Source: Patescibacteria group bacterium
Lineage (GTDB): Bacteria > Patescibacteriota > Patescibacteriia > SG8-24 > DYFX01
DNA: 64,000 nucleotides
NCBI GenBank assembly: GCA_030583805.1
Contig: CP129476.1
Coordinates: 818,497-882,496, forward strand
Direction: 5' to 3'
Shown here: one piece after another, positions 18,291 to 27,619 of the stretch
Layout of the letters: each line of letters opens with the position of its first letter
Numbering within the stretch: position 1 is the stretch's first letter
Notes under the pieces: model-generated
The model's database searches: none
What the model was told of the DNA's origin: nothing
The model's input: only the letters and a program-made list of their open reading frames with translations
Translations under genes and position numbers: made by a program

Positions 18291-19046
18291 CTACGGGTGT
18301 AGGACCTCAGGAAGTACCGTACCGGACGGCATCACGACAGGATGCTGTTCGAAGAACTCCTTGAGCTGCGCGTGATTGAGCTTGCGCTCGCGTCCCCGCA
18401 CCGGCTGCTGCATGAGGAGGTTGGCGAGCTGCGCGAGCGTTTCGCGGTTCAGCTTCGCGATCGCAAGCGTCTCGGCGTACAGCTGTTCGCGGTAGGAGAC
18501 GATGTGCCCCTTGACCATGCAGGTCTCGCCGATGAGATCGCTCTCGGGGCACGCGCCGCATTGGCTGCCGTCGCCGTTGCCGCAGTACTTGAGAAGCTCG
18601 TCGCCGACCATGTCCTTGTCTGAGTAGTCCTGCTGCGGCTTGGTGCCGAAGACGGCCTCTTCCGCGGCGGCGCCGCCCAGGTAATACATGGCGTCGGCCT
18701 TCGTGAGCTCCTCCGGATACAGGAGATAGACCGCGGGGGCCTGTCCAGCATGCGTGAGACCGAGCGTGCCGTTCGCCTCGTCGTATTCGACGTACACCAG
18801 AATGTCTTCAAGCGGACGCTCCGGCATGACGGCGACGCTGAGGAGCGCGTGGCCGGCCTCGTGGATCGCGGTGACGTTCTGTTCCTCGGTCGTGCGCTTC
18901 TTGTACTTCGTCTCGGAAGACGAATCGTCGCTATGAATGAGGAGCATGATCGTCAGGATCGCCATCACGCAGGCGAGGATCAGTACCAAGCTCACGTGAA
19001 CGAACGTGACGGAGAGCGGTTCTCGGCCCTGTCGTGCGTCGGACAT
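18291..19046 (-). CDS. Membrane-anchored M41-like (FtsH protease-domain) zinc metallopeptidase lacking an AAA module.
   Basis: N-terminal TM, then AIHEAGHAL (HEXXH) and a downstream Asp-rich region. No Walker motifs. Confidence 0.6.
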   Translation of the reverse strand: MSDARQGREPLSVTFVHVSLVLILACVMAILTIMLLIHSDDSSSETKYKKRTTEEQNVTAIHEAGHALLSVAVMPERPLEDILVYVEYDEANGTLGLTHAGQAPAVYLLYPEELTKADAMYYLGGAAAEEAVFGTKPQQDYSDKDMVGDELLKYCGNGDGSQCGACPESDLIGETCMVKGHIVSYREQLYAETLAIAKLNRETLAQLANLLMQQPVRGRERKLNHAQLKEFFEQHPVVMPSGTVLPEVLHP

Positions 19047-19183
19047 ATGTACCTCCTTGTCCGTCGGTGCGGCGGGATGCCTCTCTTGACGCTATCAATC
19101 ACGCACGCCTCGGTCAAACGGAAGAAGTGTCGTACAATAAGAAAAGAGGCCCTGTGAGAGGCCTCCGAGAGAGAAAGAACATT

Positions 19184-20227
19184 TCATTGTCGCAGGCTTT
19201 GGTGGTAGCGAACGCTTCCCATCGATTGCTCGACGATTTTCGAACGCACGTAGTCCCACTGCCGTTCGAGCGCGGCGTCGTCACAGACTTCGCCATTGCT
19301 CTTACGGAACCAGCTCTGCGCGCCGTCGTCAGCCGTTTTCAACTCGCATGCCTGCCAGTCGAAGATGGCGTTCCATCGGCTGAGCGCCTTGGCGTAGTAC
19401 ACGCCGCCGGGATCCCTGCCGTAGTAGCTGCTGATGGCTCGGCGCCAGGCAGGCACTCCGTGCGCGTGCCCCTTCTTGAGGGCTCGTTCGTACCGGGCGA
19501 CGATGTCTTGCGCGGCGATGATGGCACCACCGCAAAAGGTGAGAGGATCGAGATCCTGCTCGACGGCCCAGTCGACCACTTCGGCGCCCGAGAATTGGAA
19601 CGGTCCGCAGCATCCTCCGTAGCCGTACGTCTTCTTCCCGATCACCTCGTTGGTGTCCGGGTCGATCACGTCGACGATCTTCGGGCACGAACACGTCATG
19701 CGTTCCAGATTCTCGCCGTAGACCTGCTTCCAGCCGAACTTCTCGGCCATCCGCAGCATGCCGATGCGGTGTTTGGTGCCTGCGGCGCCGTCGCGGCGAG
19801 CAAGCTCCTTCATCACATTGCACTTGCCGGAACCCTTTCCGTTGCCGTCGACGTGGCCTGTCTCGATGCGCCAGATGGCGTATAAGACTTCGACGGGCGT
19901 GCAGATCGTGACACCCTTGATCACGCGACAGCTTTTCTTGCTGGCGAGGGTCAAGATGTCGAGGATCTGTTCCGGGTGCTCGACCGTGTCGTAGCCCGCA
20001 CAGATCCCGGCTTGGGGACGCGCTGGCACGTACAGATCGGGCGCCTCGACGGTATTGGAGATGGACATGTGCGCGTCGATCCTGCCTGTCCCATGCGCAG
20101 TGCCCTGCTTGTTCTGAGGACGCGTCATGGAACGGGCGGGGAGAGGCTCCTCCTTGTCCTTGAATGGGCCTTCGATCAGGAAGATCCCGATCGTGCATAG
20201 AAGAATGCAGATCGAGAATCCAGCCAT
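19184..20227 (-). CDS. Secreted/membrane-anchored lysozyme-like (lytic-transglycosylase-like) protein.
   Basis: TM start at MAGFSICILLC. WRIETGH (candidate catalytic Glu) and GCCGPFQF (compare GLMQI). Cys-rich. Confidence 0.35.
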   Translation of the reverse strand: MAGFSICILLCTIGIFLIEGPFKDKEEPLPARSMTRPQNKQGTAHGTGRIDAHMSISNTVEAPDLYVPARPQAGICAGYDTVEHPEQILDILTLASKKSCRVIKGVTICTPVEVLYAIWRIETGHVDGNGKGSGKCNVMKELARRDGAAGTKHRIGMLRMAEKFGWKQVYGENLERMTCSCPKIVDVIDPDTNEVIGKKTYGYGGCCGPFQFSGAEVVDWAVEQDLDPLTFCGGAIIAAQDIVARYERALKKGHAHGVPAWRRAISSYYGRDPGGVYYAKALSRWNAIFDWQACELKTADDGAQSWFRKSNGEVCDDAALERQWDYVRSKIVEQSMGSVRYHQSLRQ

Positions 20228-20354
20228 CCAGTCTTTCAAAGGAAACTCCTGGGTTGTGGGCGGTTCCGGACGCCCAAGAGAAAGAAAAAAGATCTTTCCC
20301 GGAACGGCCAATCTTAGCAGAAAAGCAGGATTCTGTCAATACATTCTGACAACT

Positions 20355-21332
20355 ATGGCGCTTAAGGAAAAAGACGATACATTAGCCAAAAAAAGCCAGA
20401 TTCACGAACTGATCCGGGACTTCGGCGATTATTTGGAAATTGAGAAAAACCGGTCAAAACGCACGCGGGAGAACTATGCCTTTTATCTCGGGCGCTTCGC
20501 GGACTGGTCGCTGGAAAAGGGGATCTCGAAGGCGGGCGCGATTACGCTCGATTCCGTGCGCCAATTCCGCCTTTGGCTGAACCGTCTGGAAGACCATCGC
20601 GGCGTTCCGCTCAAGAAGAACACGCAGAACTACCATTTGATCGCCTTGCGCGCCTTTTTGAAATATTTGTCGAAGCGCGATATCGAAACCTTGGCGGCAG
20701 AGAAGATTGAGTTGGCCAAACAGCCGGACCGTCACGTTGAATTCTTGGAACCGAAAGAGGTCGAGAAGCTGCTCGACGCTCCGATGAAGGCGCAGGGTCC
20801 GGATATGGTACGCCTGCGCGACCGCACGATTCTTGAGCTGTTGTGGTCGACGGGCCTGCGCGTTTCCGAGCTGTGCAGCTTGAAACTCGGCGACATCAAC
20901 TTCAACCGGAACGAGTTTACCGTCAAAGGAAAGGGTTCGAAGTACCGCGTCGTCTTTTTTTCGGAAGACGCGAAGGCGTGGCTCAAAAAGTACCAGGACG
21001 CGCGCCGCGACATGAGCCCGATGCTGTTCGTGAGCCACGACCGCGCCTCCAAGGGGCGCGATGAAATGTCGGGCATTACGCCGCGCACGGTGCAGCGCAT
21101 CGTCGAGCACTACCGGAAGCTGGCCGGCATCACGAAGAGCATCTCGCCGCACACGCTTCGCCACTCGTTCGCCACGGACCTGCTCATGAACGGCGCCGAC
21201 CTCCGCAGCGTCCAATCGCTCCTCGGGCACGCTTCCGTCACCACCACCCAGATTTACACGCATATCACCGATTCGCACCTGCAAGAGGTCTATAAGGCGT
21301 TCCACGACAAGCGCAAAGGCAAGAAATCGTGA
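20355..21332 (+). CDS. xerC: Tyrosine site-specific recombinase XerC/XerD.
   Basis: Starts at MALKEKDD (internal to the 401-aa ORF). R...HxxR...Y motifs: HTLRHSFATDLL, LGHASVTTTQIYTH. Confidence 0.85.
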   Translation: MALKEKDDTLAKKSQIHELIRDFGDYLEIEKNRSKRTRENYAFYLGRFADWSLEKGISKAGAITLDSVRQFRLWLNRLEDHRGVPLKKNTQNYHLIALRAFLKYLSKRDIETLAAEKIELAKQPDRHVEFLEPKEVEKLLDAPMKAQGPDMVRLRDRTILELLWSTGLRVSELCSLKLGDINFNRNEFTVKGKGSKYRVVFFSEDAKAWLKKYQDARRDMSPMLFVSHDRASKGRDEMSGITPRTVQRIVEHYRKLAGITKSISPHTLRHSFATDLLMNGADLRSVQSLLGHASVTTTQIYTHITDSHLQEVYKAFHDKRKGKKS

Positions 21333-21357
21333 TAGACTGTAGGCAGAACCATCACGT

Positions 21358-21645
21358 ATGTTTGATACGAACATGTTCGTGTACCTTTTGCCGGCGCTCA
21401 CCGCGCTCTTCTGCTTCGGAGCGACGATTGCCGCCTTCAATTTCATCCTGCTCAACAAGGGCGCCAAGATGAACGTGACGTGGACGCTCGCCGCTTTCGG
21501 CACCACGGCGATCGGCGTGGCCAACCTCTTCGTCGTGCTCAGGCTGTTGCTCGCGCTCGTGCCGGTGATCGAAGTTGCGGGCGCCGCCTGTCTCTTCGCC
21601 AGCGCTCTCCACGCGCGCGCTTTGTACAAGAAACTTTTGAAATAG
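21358..21645 (+). CDS. Small membrane protein (95 aa).
   Basis: Three TM segments; ends 3 nt before the kinase start. Confidence 0.45.
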   Translation: MFDTNMFVYLLPALTALFCFGATIAAFNFILLNKGAKMNVTWTLAAFGTTAIGVANLFVVLRLLLALVPVIEVAGAACLFASALHARALYKKLLK

Positions 21646-21647
21646 GT

Positions 21648-23171
21648 ATGGCCGAAGCCATCCTTGAAGCCTTCGCGCTCCTTGGCCGGCTTTCCGGCGA
21701 TTCGGTTTTTGTCGAGCGGTATCGCATTCGAGCCAACGAGACGTTTCTCGATAAAAGCCCGGCGCGCGCCCAGCGCTTCGCCAAGCTGTATCTGGAAGCC
21801 GAGGCGGAGTTGGTGCGCACTTCTAAAGGAGCGCTTTCGCAGGAGCAGATTCGCTCGCAGGTTCTCGCCCTGTTCCCCGAGGACACCCCGTACCGCGCGT
21901 TCCGCATGCTGCTGCTCGCGCCCGAACCGCAATTGCTCGCGCTCGCTTCGGCGCTGCTCTCCGCGTACGCCGAACGGAGCCGCGTTTTTTTTGGCGAGCG
22001 CGTGAGCGAGCGGATCCTTGCCAAGGCGCTCGATGAGACGCCGTGGAAAGGCGTGAAGCCCAATCTTACGCGCGGGATTCCGTATCAGCCGGAACGCATG
22101 CGTACGCTGGCCGAATGCAGCGAAATCGTCGCCGCGCTGTTCGAACAATGGTACGGGCTTCTCCATGTCACGCTCGGGCACAAGACGTCGCGCAACTTGT
22201 TCGAGATGGCGTATCTCGACGTCGAGGCCGTATACGGATTCCTGCCCGCGCTCAAGAACCTGCTGGGGCTTACGCCGACGAACGTCCTCTGGGCCTCAAA
22301 GGTGAAACTCCTGCATGCGCTTGAGCGCGAAACGTCGCTGCAAGCCAAGGGCTTGCGCACCGCCGACCAGGATCTGCGCCGGCAAGCGGAGCACTTGCAG
22401 CAAACGGTCAGGGAATTGCAGGAAGCGCGCGAACAGCTTGAAGCGACCGCCCGCGCCCGATCGGAATTCATCGATGTCGTTTCCCATCAATTCCGCACCC
22501 CGCTTTCTTCGATTCGTTGGAGCGGCGAACTCCTGGCCGACGCCATGGCCGAAAAGCGGCTGGCGCCCGAGTTGCGCGAGGCCGTCGAAACGGTGCGCCA
22601 GCGCAGCGTCTATTTGAGCCAGACGCTCGATCGCGTTTTCGCGACGCTCGATATCGAAACCGGCAAGCTCGTGATCGACCCCAAGCCCGCGTTCCTGTGG
22701 GAGCTCGTGCAGAACATTCACGACCGGGTTGAAAAAGATTTGGCCCGACGCAAGCTCAAGTGGAGCTTCGAGCGCACCAAGAGCCAGATCAGGGAGATCC
22801 CGATCGACAAGGCGAAAATCGATTTCGCGCTCAAGATCGTCGTCGACAACGCGATCATGTACGCCAAGGAAGGCAGTACCGTGACGGTGCGCATTGCCGA
22901 CGCGAAAATCAACGGCATCGATTGCCAGGTCTGTTCCGTGAGCGACCAGGGTATCGGCTTTTCAAAAGACAACCTGGAACGCGTCTTTGATAAATTTTTC
23001 CGTTCGCAAGATGCGGTCCTCGCGTCCCCGGACGGCACGGGGCTCGGACTTTTTATCGTCAAACATTACGTTGAGGCGCACGGCGGCAAGATTTGGATCG
23101 AAAGCGAGGGGGAGGGGAAAGGCTCGACGGTTATTATCGCTTTGTCGGCCGGAACTTCCCAGGCGCGCTGA
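21648..23171 (+). CDS. Sensor histidine kinase (HisKA + HATPase_c) with no adjacent response regulator.
   Basis: Starts at MAEAILEAF. H-box SHQFRTPLSSI; N, G1 and G2 boxes (DQGIGFS, GTGLGLFIV). Confidence 0.85.
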   Translation: MAEAILEAFALLGRLSGDSVFVERYRIRANETFLDKSPARAQRFAKLYLEAEAELVRTSKGALSQEQIRSQVLALFPEDTPYRAFRMLLLAPEPQLLALASALLSAYAERSRVFFGERVSERILAKALDETPWKGVKPNLTRGIPYQPERMRTLAECSEIVAALFEQWYGLLHVTLGHKTSRNLFEMAYLDVEAVYGFLPALKNLLGLTPTNVLWASKVKLLHALERETSLQAKGLRTADQDLRRQAEHLQQTVRELQEAREQLEATARARSEFIDVVSHQFRTPLSSIRWSGELLADAMAEKRLAPELREAVETVRQRSVYLSQTLDRVFATLDIETGKLVIDPKPAFLWELVQNIHDRVEKDLARRKLKWSFERTKSQIREIPIDKAKIDFALKIVVDNAIMYAKEGSTVTVRIADAKINGIDCQVCSVSDQGIGFSKDNLERVFDKFFRSQDAVLASPDGTGLGLFIVKHYVEAHGGKIWIESEGEGKGSTVIIALSAGTSQAR

Positions 23172-23190
23172 AAGGTGCTAAGAGGAAGGC

Positions 23191-23406
23191 ATGATCGCAC
23201 CGGTCCTTCCCAAAACTTCCGAGACGGCTTCGGCTCCTTGCGAGCGTTGCAACGGAGAGAAGTTTGTCCGTACTCCCAGCGGCACCGAACCCTGCATCGT
23301 TTGTACTCCGGGCCGCAAATGCCCGATCTGCGCTTCGAAAGTCGTCCGCCATGGCCCATGCGGCATGTGCGGCCACCACGTGGACGTGCCGGAAGAGGGG
23401 ATTTAG
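23191..23406 (+). CDS. Small zinc-ribbon protein (four CxxC pairs).
   Basis: CERCNG ... CIVCTPGRKCPICAS ... CGMCGHH. Confidence 0.5.
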   Translation: MIAPVLPKTSETASAPCERCNGEKFVRTPSGTEPCIVCTPGRKCPICASKVVRHGPCGMCGHHVDVPEEGI

Positions 23407-23407
23407 C

Positions 23408-23470
23408 CAAGCCGACATCGTAATGTCGGTTTTTTTGAAAAAGAAAAACCGCTCGCTTGAGCGGGGGGGG
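23408..23470. terminator. Back-to-back intrinsic terminators.
   Basis: Plus strand: ccgacatcgtaatgtcgg followed by ttttttt. Minus strand: ccgctcaagcgagcgg followed by tttttcttttt. Confidence 0.5.
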
Positions 23471-23471
23471 G

Positions 23472-23762
23472 TCAGAGGAGCCATTCGGGCTTGAGCTCGA
23501 CCGGTGCGATCTTGGCGTAGTCCGTCGAGCGGACGTACAGGGCTTGATTGGCCATTTTCCAGCAGTCGGCGTAGTCGCGCATCGCGACCGCGGCGATGAG
23601 ATCCGCGCCCTGGTTCGGCAGCGTGTAGCCGTCCTTCACGAGCTCGAAGATCTCGAAATCGGCGACGTCGCGAAGCCTCGGAGGCAGCGCGGCAAAGTCA
23701 GGCAAATCGAGATGCTTTTTCGAGAACGAAATCACGTCGACAAACTCCTTGCGCTCGGCCAT
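23472..23762 (-). CDS. Hypothetical protein (96 aa).
   Basis: Internal Met MAERKEFVDV of the 145-aa ORF, with an RBS-like sequence upstream. Confidence 0.4.
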   Translation of the reverse strand: MAERKEFVDVISFSKKHLDLPDFAALPPRLRDVADFEIFELVKDGYTLPNQGADLIAAVAMRDYADCWKMANQALYVRSTDYAKIAPVELKPEWLL

Positions 23763-23896
23763 CGCCAAGCAGATACGGGCGTACCCGACGACGACGGCAA
23801 GGTGAAGCAGCTGGTTCTCGTTGGGCGAAGTGGTCACTGCGGCCTCCTGATCAGTGTTTCGTGACGCCGCAAGTATGCCGGAAAATGGTGAAAAGT

Positions 23897-23935
23897 CAAG
23901 ACCGCGCAAAAGAAAGAAGCATCCTTTCAGATGCT
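23897..23935 (-). terminator. Terminator of the tRNA operon.
   Basis: gaagcatc-tgaaag-gatgcttc followed by tttcttttg (minus sense). Confidence 0.45.
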
Positions 23936-23942
23936 TCTTTCA

Positions 23943-24017
23943 TGGGGCGGCCAGAGGGAATTGAACCCTCGTTCGCGGAACCACAATCCGCTGTCCTACC
24001 ATTGAACGATGGCCGCC
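23943..24017 (-). tRNA. tRNA-His (GTG) with an encoded G-1 and an encoded CCA.
   Basis: Cloverleaf: G-1, acceptor GCGGCCA / TGGCCGC, anticodon loop TTGTGGT, T-arm GAGGG-TTCAATT-CCCTC. Coordinates +/-2. Confidence 0.85.
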
Positions 24018-24021
24018 ATGC

Positions 24022-24098
24022 TGGTGTCCCCGGCAGGAGTCGAACCTGCAACCCTCGGGATAGAAGCCCGATGCTCTATCCAATTGAGCTACGGAGAC
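24022..24098 (-). tRNA. tRNA-Arg (TCT) with an encoded CCA.
   Basis: Acceptor GTCTCCG / CGGGGAC, anticodon loop CTTCTAT, T-arm GCAGG-TTCGACT-CCTGC. Coordinates +/-2. Confidence 0.85.
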
Positions 24099-24137
24099 AT
24101 GCAGGTTTCATTGTATACCAGGGGCGCGAACGGGGGG

Positions 24138-24166
24138 AGAATACCAGTTTCGGCGACCCGTGTCAA
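24138..24166 (-). promoter_or_regulatory. sigma70 promoter of the tRNA-Arg/tRNA-His operon.
   Basis: Minus sense: TTGACA, a 17-nt spacer, TATTCT, about 35 nt upstream of the tRNA-Arg 5' end. Confidence 0.5.
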
Positions 24167-24208
24167 CGCCTATTCCGGGGTCAGGAAGCCTGATACCATA
24201 AAGAAACT

Positions 24209-24856
24209 ATGACCGACCTCCTCAACCTCTTCCTGCATCTGGATGAAACGCTCGGTACGGCTATTGCCTCCTACGGCAACTGGATCTACGGAGTGCTGTT
24301 TCTTATCGTCTTTTGCGAAACTGGATTGATCGTCACACCGTTCCTGCCAGGCGATTCGCTCCTGTTCGCGGCCGGGGCGTTTTCGGCGACCGGCGTTTTG
24401 AACGTCTGGGTGATCTGGGTACTCTTGTTCGTGGCGGCGGTGATCGGTGACGGCGTCAATTATCGCATCGGACGAAAAGTCGGCGCCCGGATTCTTGAAA
24501 AAGGATCGCTGGGCGGCCTTCCGATCAAGAAAGAACACATCGAAAGGACGCAGCAGTACTACGACAAGTACGGCGCCAAGACGATCGTGATCGCGCGCTT
24601 CCTGCCGATCATCCGCACGTTCGCGCCGTTCGTCGCCGGCGTCGGCCACATGAAGCCTGCGGTGTTCTCGTTCTACAACGTCTTCGGCGCCGCGCTCTGG
24701 GTGACGATCTTCGTCTTCGGCGGATACTTTTTCGGCAACGTGCCGGTCATCAAGAAAAATTTCGAGTTCGTCATCATCGCCATGATCATCATCCCGGGTC
24801 TTCCGGCGCTGATTCAGATTATTCGCGAGTGGCAGAGGAGCAGGAGCGCGAAATAA
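24209..24856 (+). CDS. DedA/SNARE-associated family membrane protein.
   Basis: LFLIVFCETGLIVTPFLPGDSLLFAAG ... typical DedA repeats. Confidence 0.85.
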   Translation: MTDLLNLFLHLDETLGTAIASYGNWIYGVLFLIVFCETGLIVTPFLPGDSLLFAAGAFSATGVLNVWVIWVLLFVAAVIGDGVNYRIGRKVGARILEKGSLGGLPIKKEHIERTQQYYDKYGAKTIVIARFLPIIRTFAPFVAGVGHMKPAVFSFYNVFGAALWVTIFVFGGYFFGNVPVIKKNFEFVIIAMIIIPGLPALIQIIREWQRSRSAK

Positions 24857-24869
24857 AAAACGACCTCGA

Positions 24870-25556
24870 TCACTCGAAGTCGCAGACAATGCTGAGGCGC
24901 GACGACCAGTCGGGCGCGTCGTCGGTGACGCCGGCAGAGAGGAAAAGCCGGAACGAAACGACGTCCTGCTTGCCGAAGACGAACGCGAGGTTGATGCCGC
25001 TTGCGAGGCTGTCGTTCAGCTGGTCGAGGTGCGTGCCGATCCAGAAGCGGCCGCCCTCGTCTTTTTTTCCGGCGGTGAGAACGGCGAGGCTGTAGCGGCC
25101 CTCGATGAAGGGCTTCCGTTCCTCGTTGGCAGAGAACGGCATGCCGATCAGCACCTCGCCCGACGCCGCCATACGGCGGTGCGTCATGAAGACGCGGAAC
25201 GCCTCGGACCAGCCGTTCATGCGCTCGCGCTTGAGCTGCGTGACGAGGACCGGTCCGACAGGTTCGGAGCGCCACTCCTGCACGTAGCGAGTAACGAGAC
25301 CGAATCCGGCCTCGACGCGGAGCCAGTCGCCGAAGTCTCCGCCGAAGCCGAGCACGGCGCCGGCCACCGTTTCCTCGTACTGTTCCGTGCCCCTTCCTTC
25401 GAGGCTCCGCGCCTCGCCGAAGAAGAAGACGTTTTGGCTCATCCGCTTGCGGCCACCGAAGGCGCCTTCTCCGTACACGACGGACGGTTCGGCGCGCACT
25501 TCGCGCTGGGACAGACAGATGAAAGCGAGAGCAATGCAAATGACCGGTCGGATCAT
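24870..25556 (-). CDS. Secreted beta-barrel-like protein (paralog of 26486..27079).
   Basis: Signal peptide MIRPVICIALAFICLS; alternating amphipathic strands; C-terminal Phe region. Confidence 0.45.
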   Translation of the reverse strand: MIRPVICIALAFICLSQREVRAEPSVVYGEGAFGGRKRMSQNVFFFGEARSLEGRGTEQYEETVAGAVLGFGGDFGDWLRVEAGFGLVTRYVQEWRSEPVGPVLVTQLKRERMNGWSEAFRVFMTHRRMAASGEVLIGMPFSANEERKPFIEGRYSLAVLTAGKKDEGGRFWIGTHLDQLNDSLASGINLAFVFGKQDVVSFRLFLSAGVTDDAPDWSSRLSIVCDFE

Positions 25557-25638
25557 AGTTCCTCCAAGAATGAGATCCGCGCGGAATCTAGCAGGGAAAA
25601 CCACTTTCGTCAAGATGCGGCAAAAGAAAAACCCGCGA

Positions 25639-26418
25639 TCATTTCGCGGGGTGTGCGGCGCGGAGGCGCTGGATGAACGGCTCGTCGATGCGGAGATGTT
25701 CGGCCTCGCCGAGGAGGAATCGGATCTCCGAGCGGATGGGCAACGCCTCGTCCTTGGCGGCACGGAGTCGTTCGACGGCCCTTTGCAGCGCGTCGATGAG
25801 CGGACCCGCAAATAGCGTCTTCGGATCTGCGTCGACCGCGCTCGTCAGGGCAGCAATCGTTCGGATGCGCTGCGCGTGCCCTTCGAGGCACCAGGCGGCG
25901 ATCTCGTCGTTGCCGATGAACATGCTGAGTCTCGTGATCGGCTTGCCGAAGCCGACGCCGATCGAACAGGACGCAAGCTCGGTTTGGTCGCCGAGATCCA
26001 CGCGCTGCTCGAGCCACTCGAAGAAGACAGAACCGTACCACGGAGCCATACCTCCGTTCACAACGCGGATCTCCTTGTCATCCTCGATGTGTCGGAACAT
26101 GTGGTCTCCGCGCTTCGCGTAGCGAAGCGTCGGAAAGGTCCAATGCTTCTCCCCATCTTGCGGCGTGAAGCACAAGGCATCACCTGCGAGCAGGCCGAGC
26201 GTGAATCCTTCGCGCAGCGGCGTCATCGAGCCGCCACACGGGCCCGGTTGTTGGCCATCACGCTCGATCATCAGAACGCATTGTCCCGTCTTGCCGGCCA
26301 GTCGCGCCGCGAGGGTACGATAGGCGATCTCGATCTTGCTGCCAGGCTTGGCGCCGCCCGTCCGTAGGAACGTGCCAAGAGCATCTTCTTTAGGGGCGTC
26401 CATCAGCGCTACCTCCAT
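25639..26418 (-). CDS. Hypothetical protein.
   Basis: 259-aa ORF with coding-like codon usage; no recognisable domain. Confidence 0.4.
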   Translation of the reverse strand: MEVALMDAPKEDALGTFLRTGGAKPGSKIEIAYRTLAARLAGKTGQCVLMIERDGQQPGPCGGSMTPLREGFTLGLLAGDALCFTPQDGEKHWTFPTLRYAKRGDHMFRHIEDDKEIRVVNGGMAPWYGSVFFEWLEQRVDLGDQTELASCSIGVGFGKPITRLSMFIGNDEIAAWCLEGHAQRIRTIAALTSAVDADPKTLFAGPLIDALQRAVERLRAAKDEALPIRSEIRFLLGEAEHLRIDEPFIQRLRAAHPAK

Positions 26419-26485
26419 ATTCAGGAATGAACCGCCCGTATCGTACTCCCGGCATGAAATTCAATGCAAATGAAAAACGTCCCGG

Positions 26486-27079
26486 TCAGGGGACGTTGAA
26501 GGTGAGGACGCAGGCGGTGACGCGCTCGGTCGCGTGGCCGGCGAGGCCGAAGCTGAAACGCGCTTCGACGCGCGCTTGGCGGTAGCCCAGCCCGGTGCCG
26601 ATTTGGAATCCTGCGGCGAGCTCGTCGATACCGGCATGCACGAGGTGCAAGCCGACGATGGCGTAGTCGACGCGATAGAAGCCTTCGTGCGACCAGCCGT
26701 CGCCACGGCGCAAGCGCTGCTCGACCGCGTAGCCGCGGCTGTGCACGCCCTTGCCGAACGTCGCTTCGTGGAAGGCGGTGAGAATGAACGTATGGCGTTC
26801 GCCGCCATAGCCGTACCCGGCAGTCACGTCGAGCGTGGCGTGCGGCCAGAGCTCGCGGGAACCTCCGGCGCTGGCCTCGTAGGCGTCGCGCAGGTCGTCC
26901 TGACTGATCACGATGCGGCCCTGCAGGCGAATGTCGAAGGCTTCTCGGAACGGAATCGTGCCGCCGAAGTCGGTCCACGATTCGACCATCGGAGCGTTCG
27001 TCTCGGCTTCCTCGGCGGAGGCGAGACGGGGGAGTAGCGAGCACAGGAGCACGAACGTCGCCAAAAGCGCTAGACGCAT
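26486..27079 (-). CDS. Secreted beta-barrel-like protein (paralog).
   Basis: Signal peptide MRLALLATFVLLCSLLPRLASA; shares the GDW / FGL.TRYV-like segments with 24870..25556. Confidence 0.45.
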   Translation of the reverse strand: MRLALLATFVLLCSLLPRLASAEEAETNAPMVESWTDFGGTIPFREAFDIRLQGRIVISQDDLRDAYEASAGGSRELWPHATLDVTAGYGYGGERHTFILTAFHEATFGKGVHSRGYAVEQRLRRGDGWSHEGFYRVDYAIVGLHLVHAGIDELAAGFQIGTGLGYRQARVEARFSFGLAGHATERVTACVLTFNVP

Positions 27080-27163
27080 GCGGACCTCCTCGTCGAAACC
27101 GACGTGGCGGCACCGTAGCGCCGAACGGGATCGGCGTCAATCCGCGTGCTATACTCGGTTTCT

Positions 27164-27619
27164 ATGCGCTATTGGCTGATGAAAACCGAACCGGACGCCT
27201 TCTCGATCGACGATTTGAAGCGCCTGAAAAAAGACGCTTGGAGCGGCGTGCGGAATTATCAGGCGCGCAATTTCATGAAGGAGATGCGGCTCGGCGACCT
27301 CGTGCTGTTCTATCACTCCAGTACGACGCCGCCCGGCGTGGCCGGCTTGGCGAAAGTCGTCGCGCTCGCGCACCCCGACGAAACGCAATTTGAAAAGAAA
27401 GGAAAATATTTCGATCCGAAAGCGACGAAGGCAAAACCGATTTGGCACTGCGTCGACGTCGGCTTCGTGAAAAAGTTTCCGCGCCTGATCCCGCTCGACG
27501 AGTTGCGCGGCGTGAAAGCATTGAAAGATATGGTGCTCTTGCGACGCGGCTCGCGCCTGTCGGTGCAACCGGTGACGGAGAAAGAATTCGATGGTATCAT
27601 CAAGCTTTCACAGCTATGA
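27164..27619 (+). CDS. EVE (PUA-like) domain protein.
   Basis: MRYWLMKTEPDAFSIDDL ... SGVRNYQARNFMKEMRLGDLVLFYHS. Confidence 0.75.
   Translation: MRYWLMKTEPDAFSIDDLKRLKKDAWSGVRNYQARNFMKEMRLGDLVLFYHSSTTPPGVAGLAKVVALAHPDETQFEKKGKYFDPKATKAKPIWHCVDVGFVKKFPRLIPLDELRGVKALKDMVLLRRGSRLSVQPVTEKEFDGIIKLSQL

Noticed and set aside
17432-18364. 310-aa plus-strand ORF and 231-aa minus-strand ORF 17451..18146 in alternative frames.
   Set aside because: They overlap the PRTase gene, whose motif-bearing frame (17516..18214) is clearly the real one. The alternatives are Arg-rich artefacts.
20454-22181. 575-aa minus-strand ORF.
   Set aside because: Antisense to xerC and the histidine kinase. Low-complexity Arg/Ala-rich.
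24870-25811. 313-aa form of the beta-barrel protein with an Arg/Ser-rich N-terminus.
   Set aside because: The N-terminal 85 aa are low-complexity and overlap the DedA gene's 3' end in antisense. The signal-peptide Met at 25556 is the plausible start.
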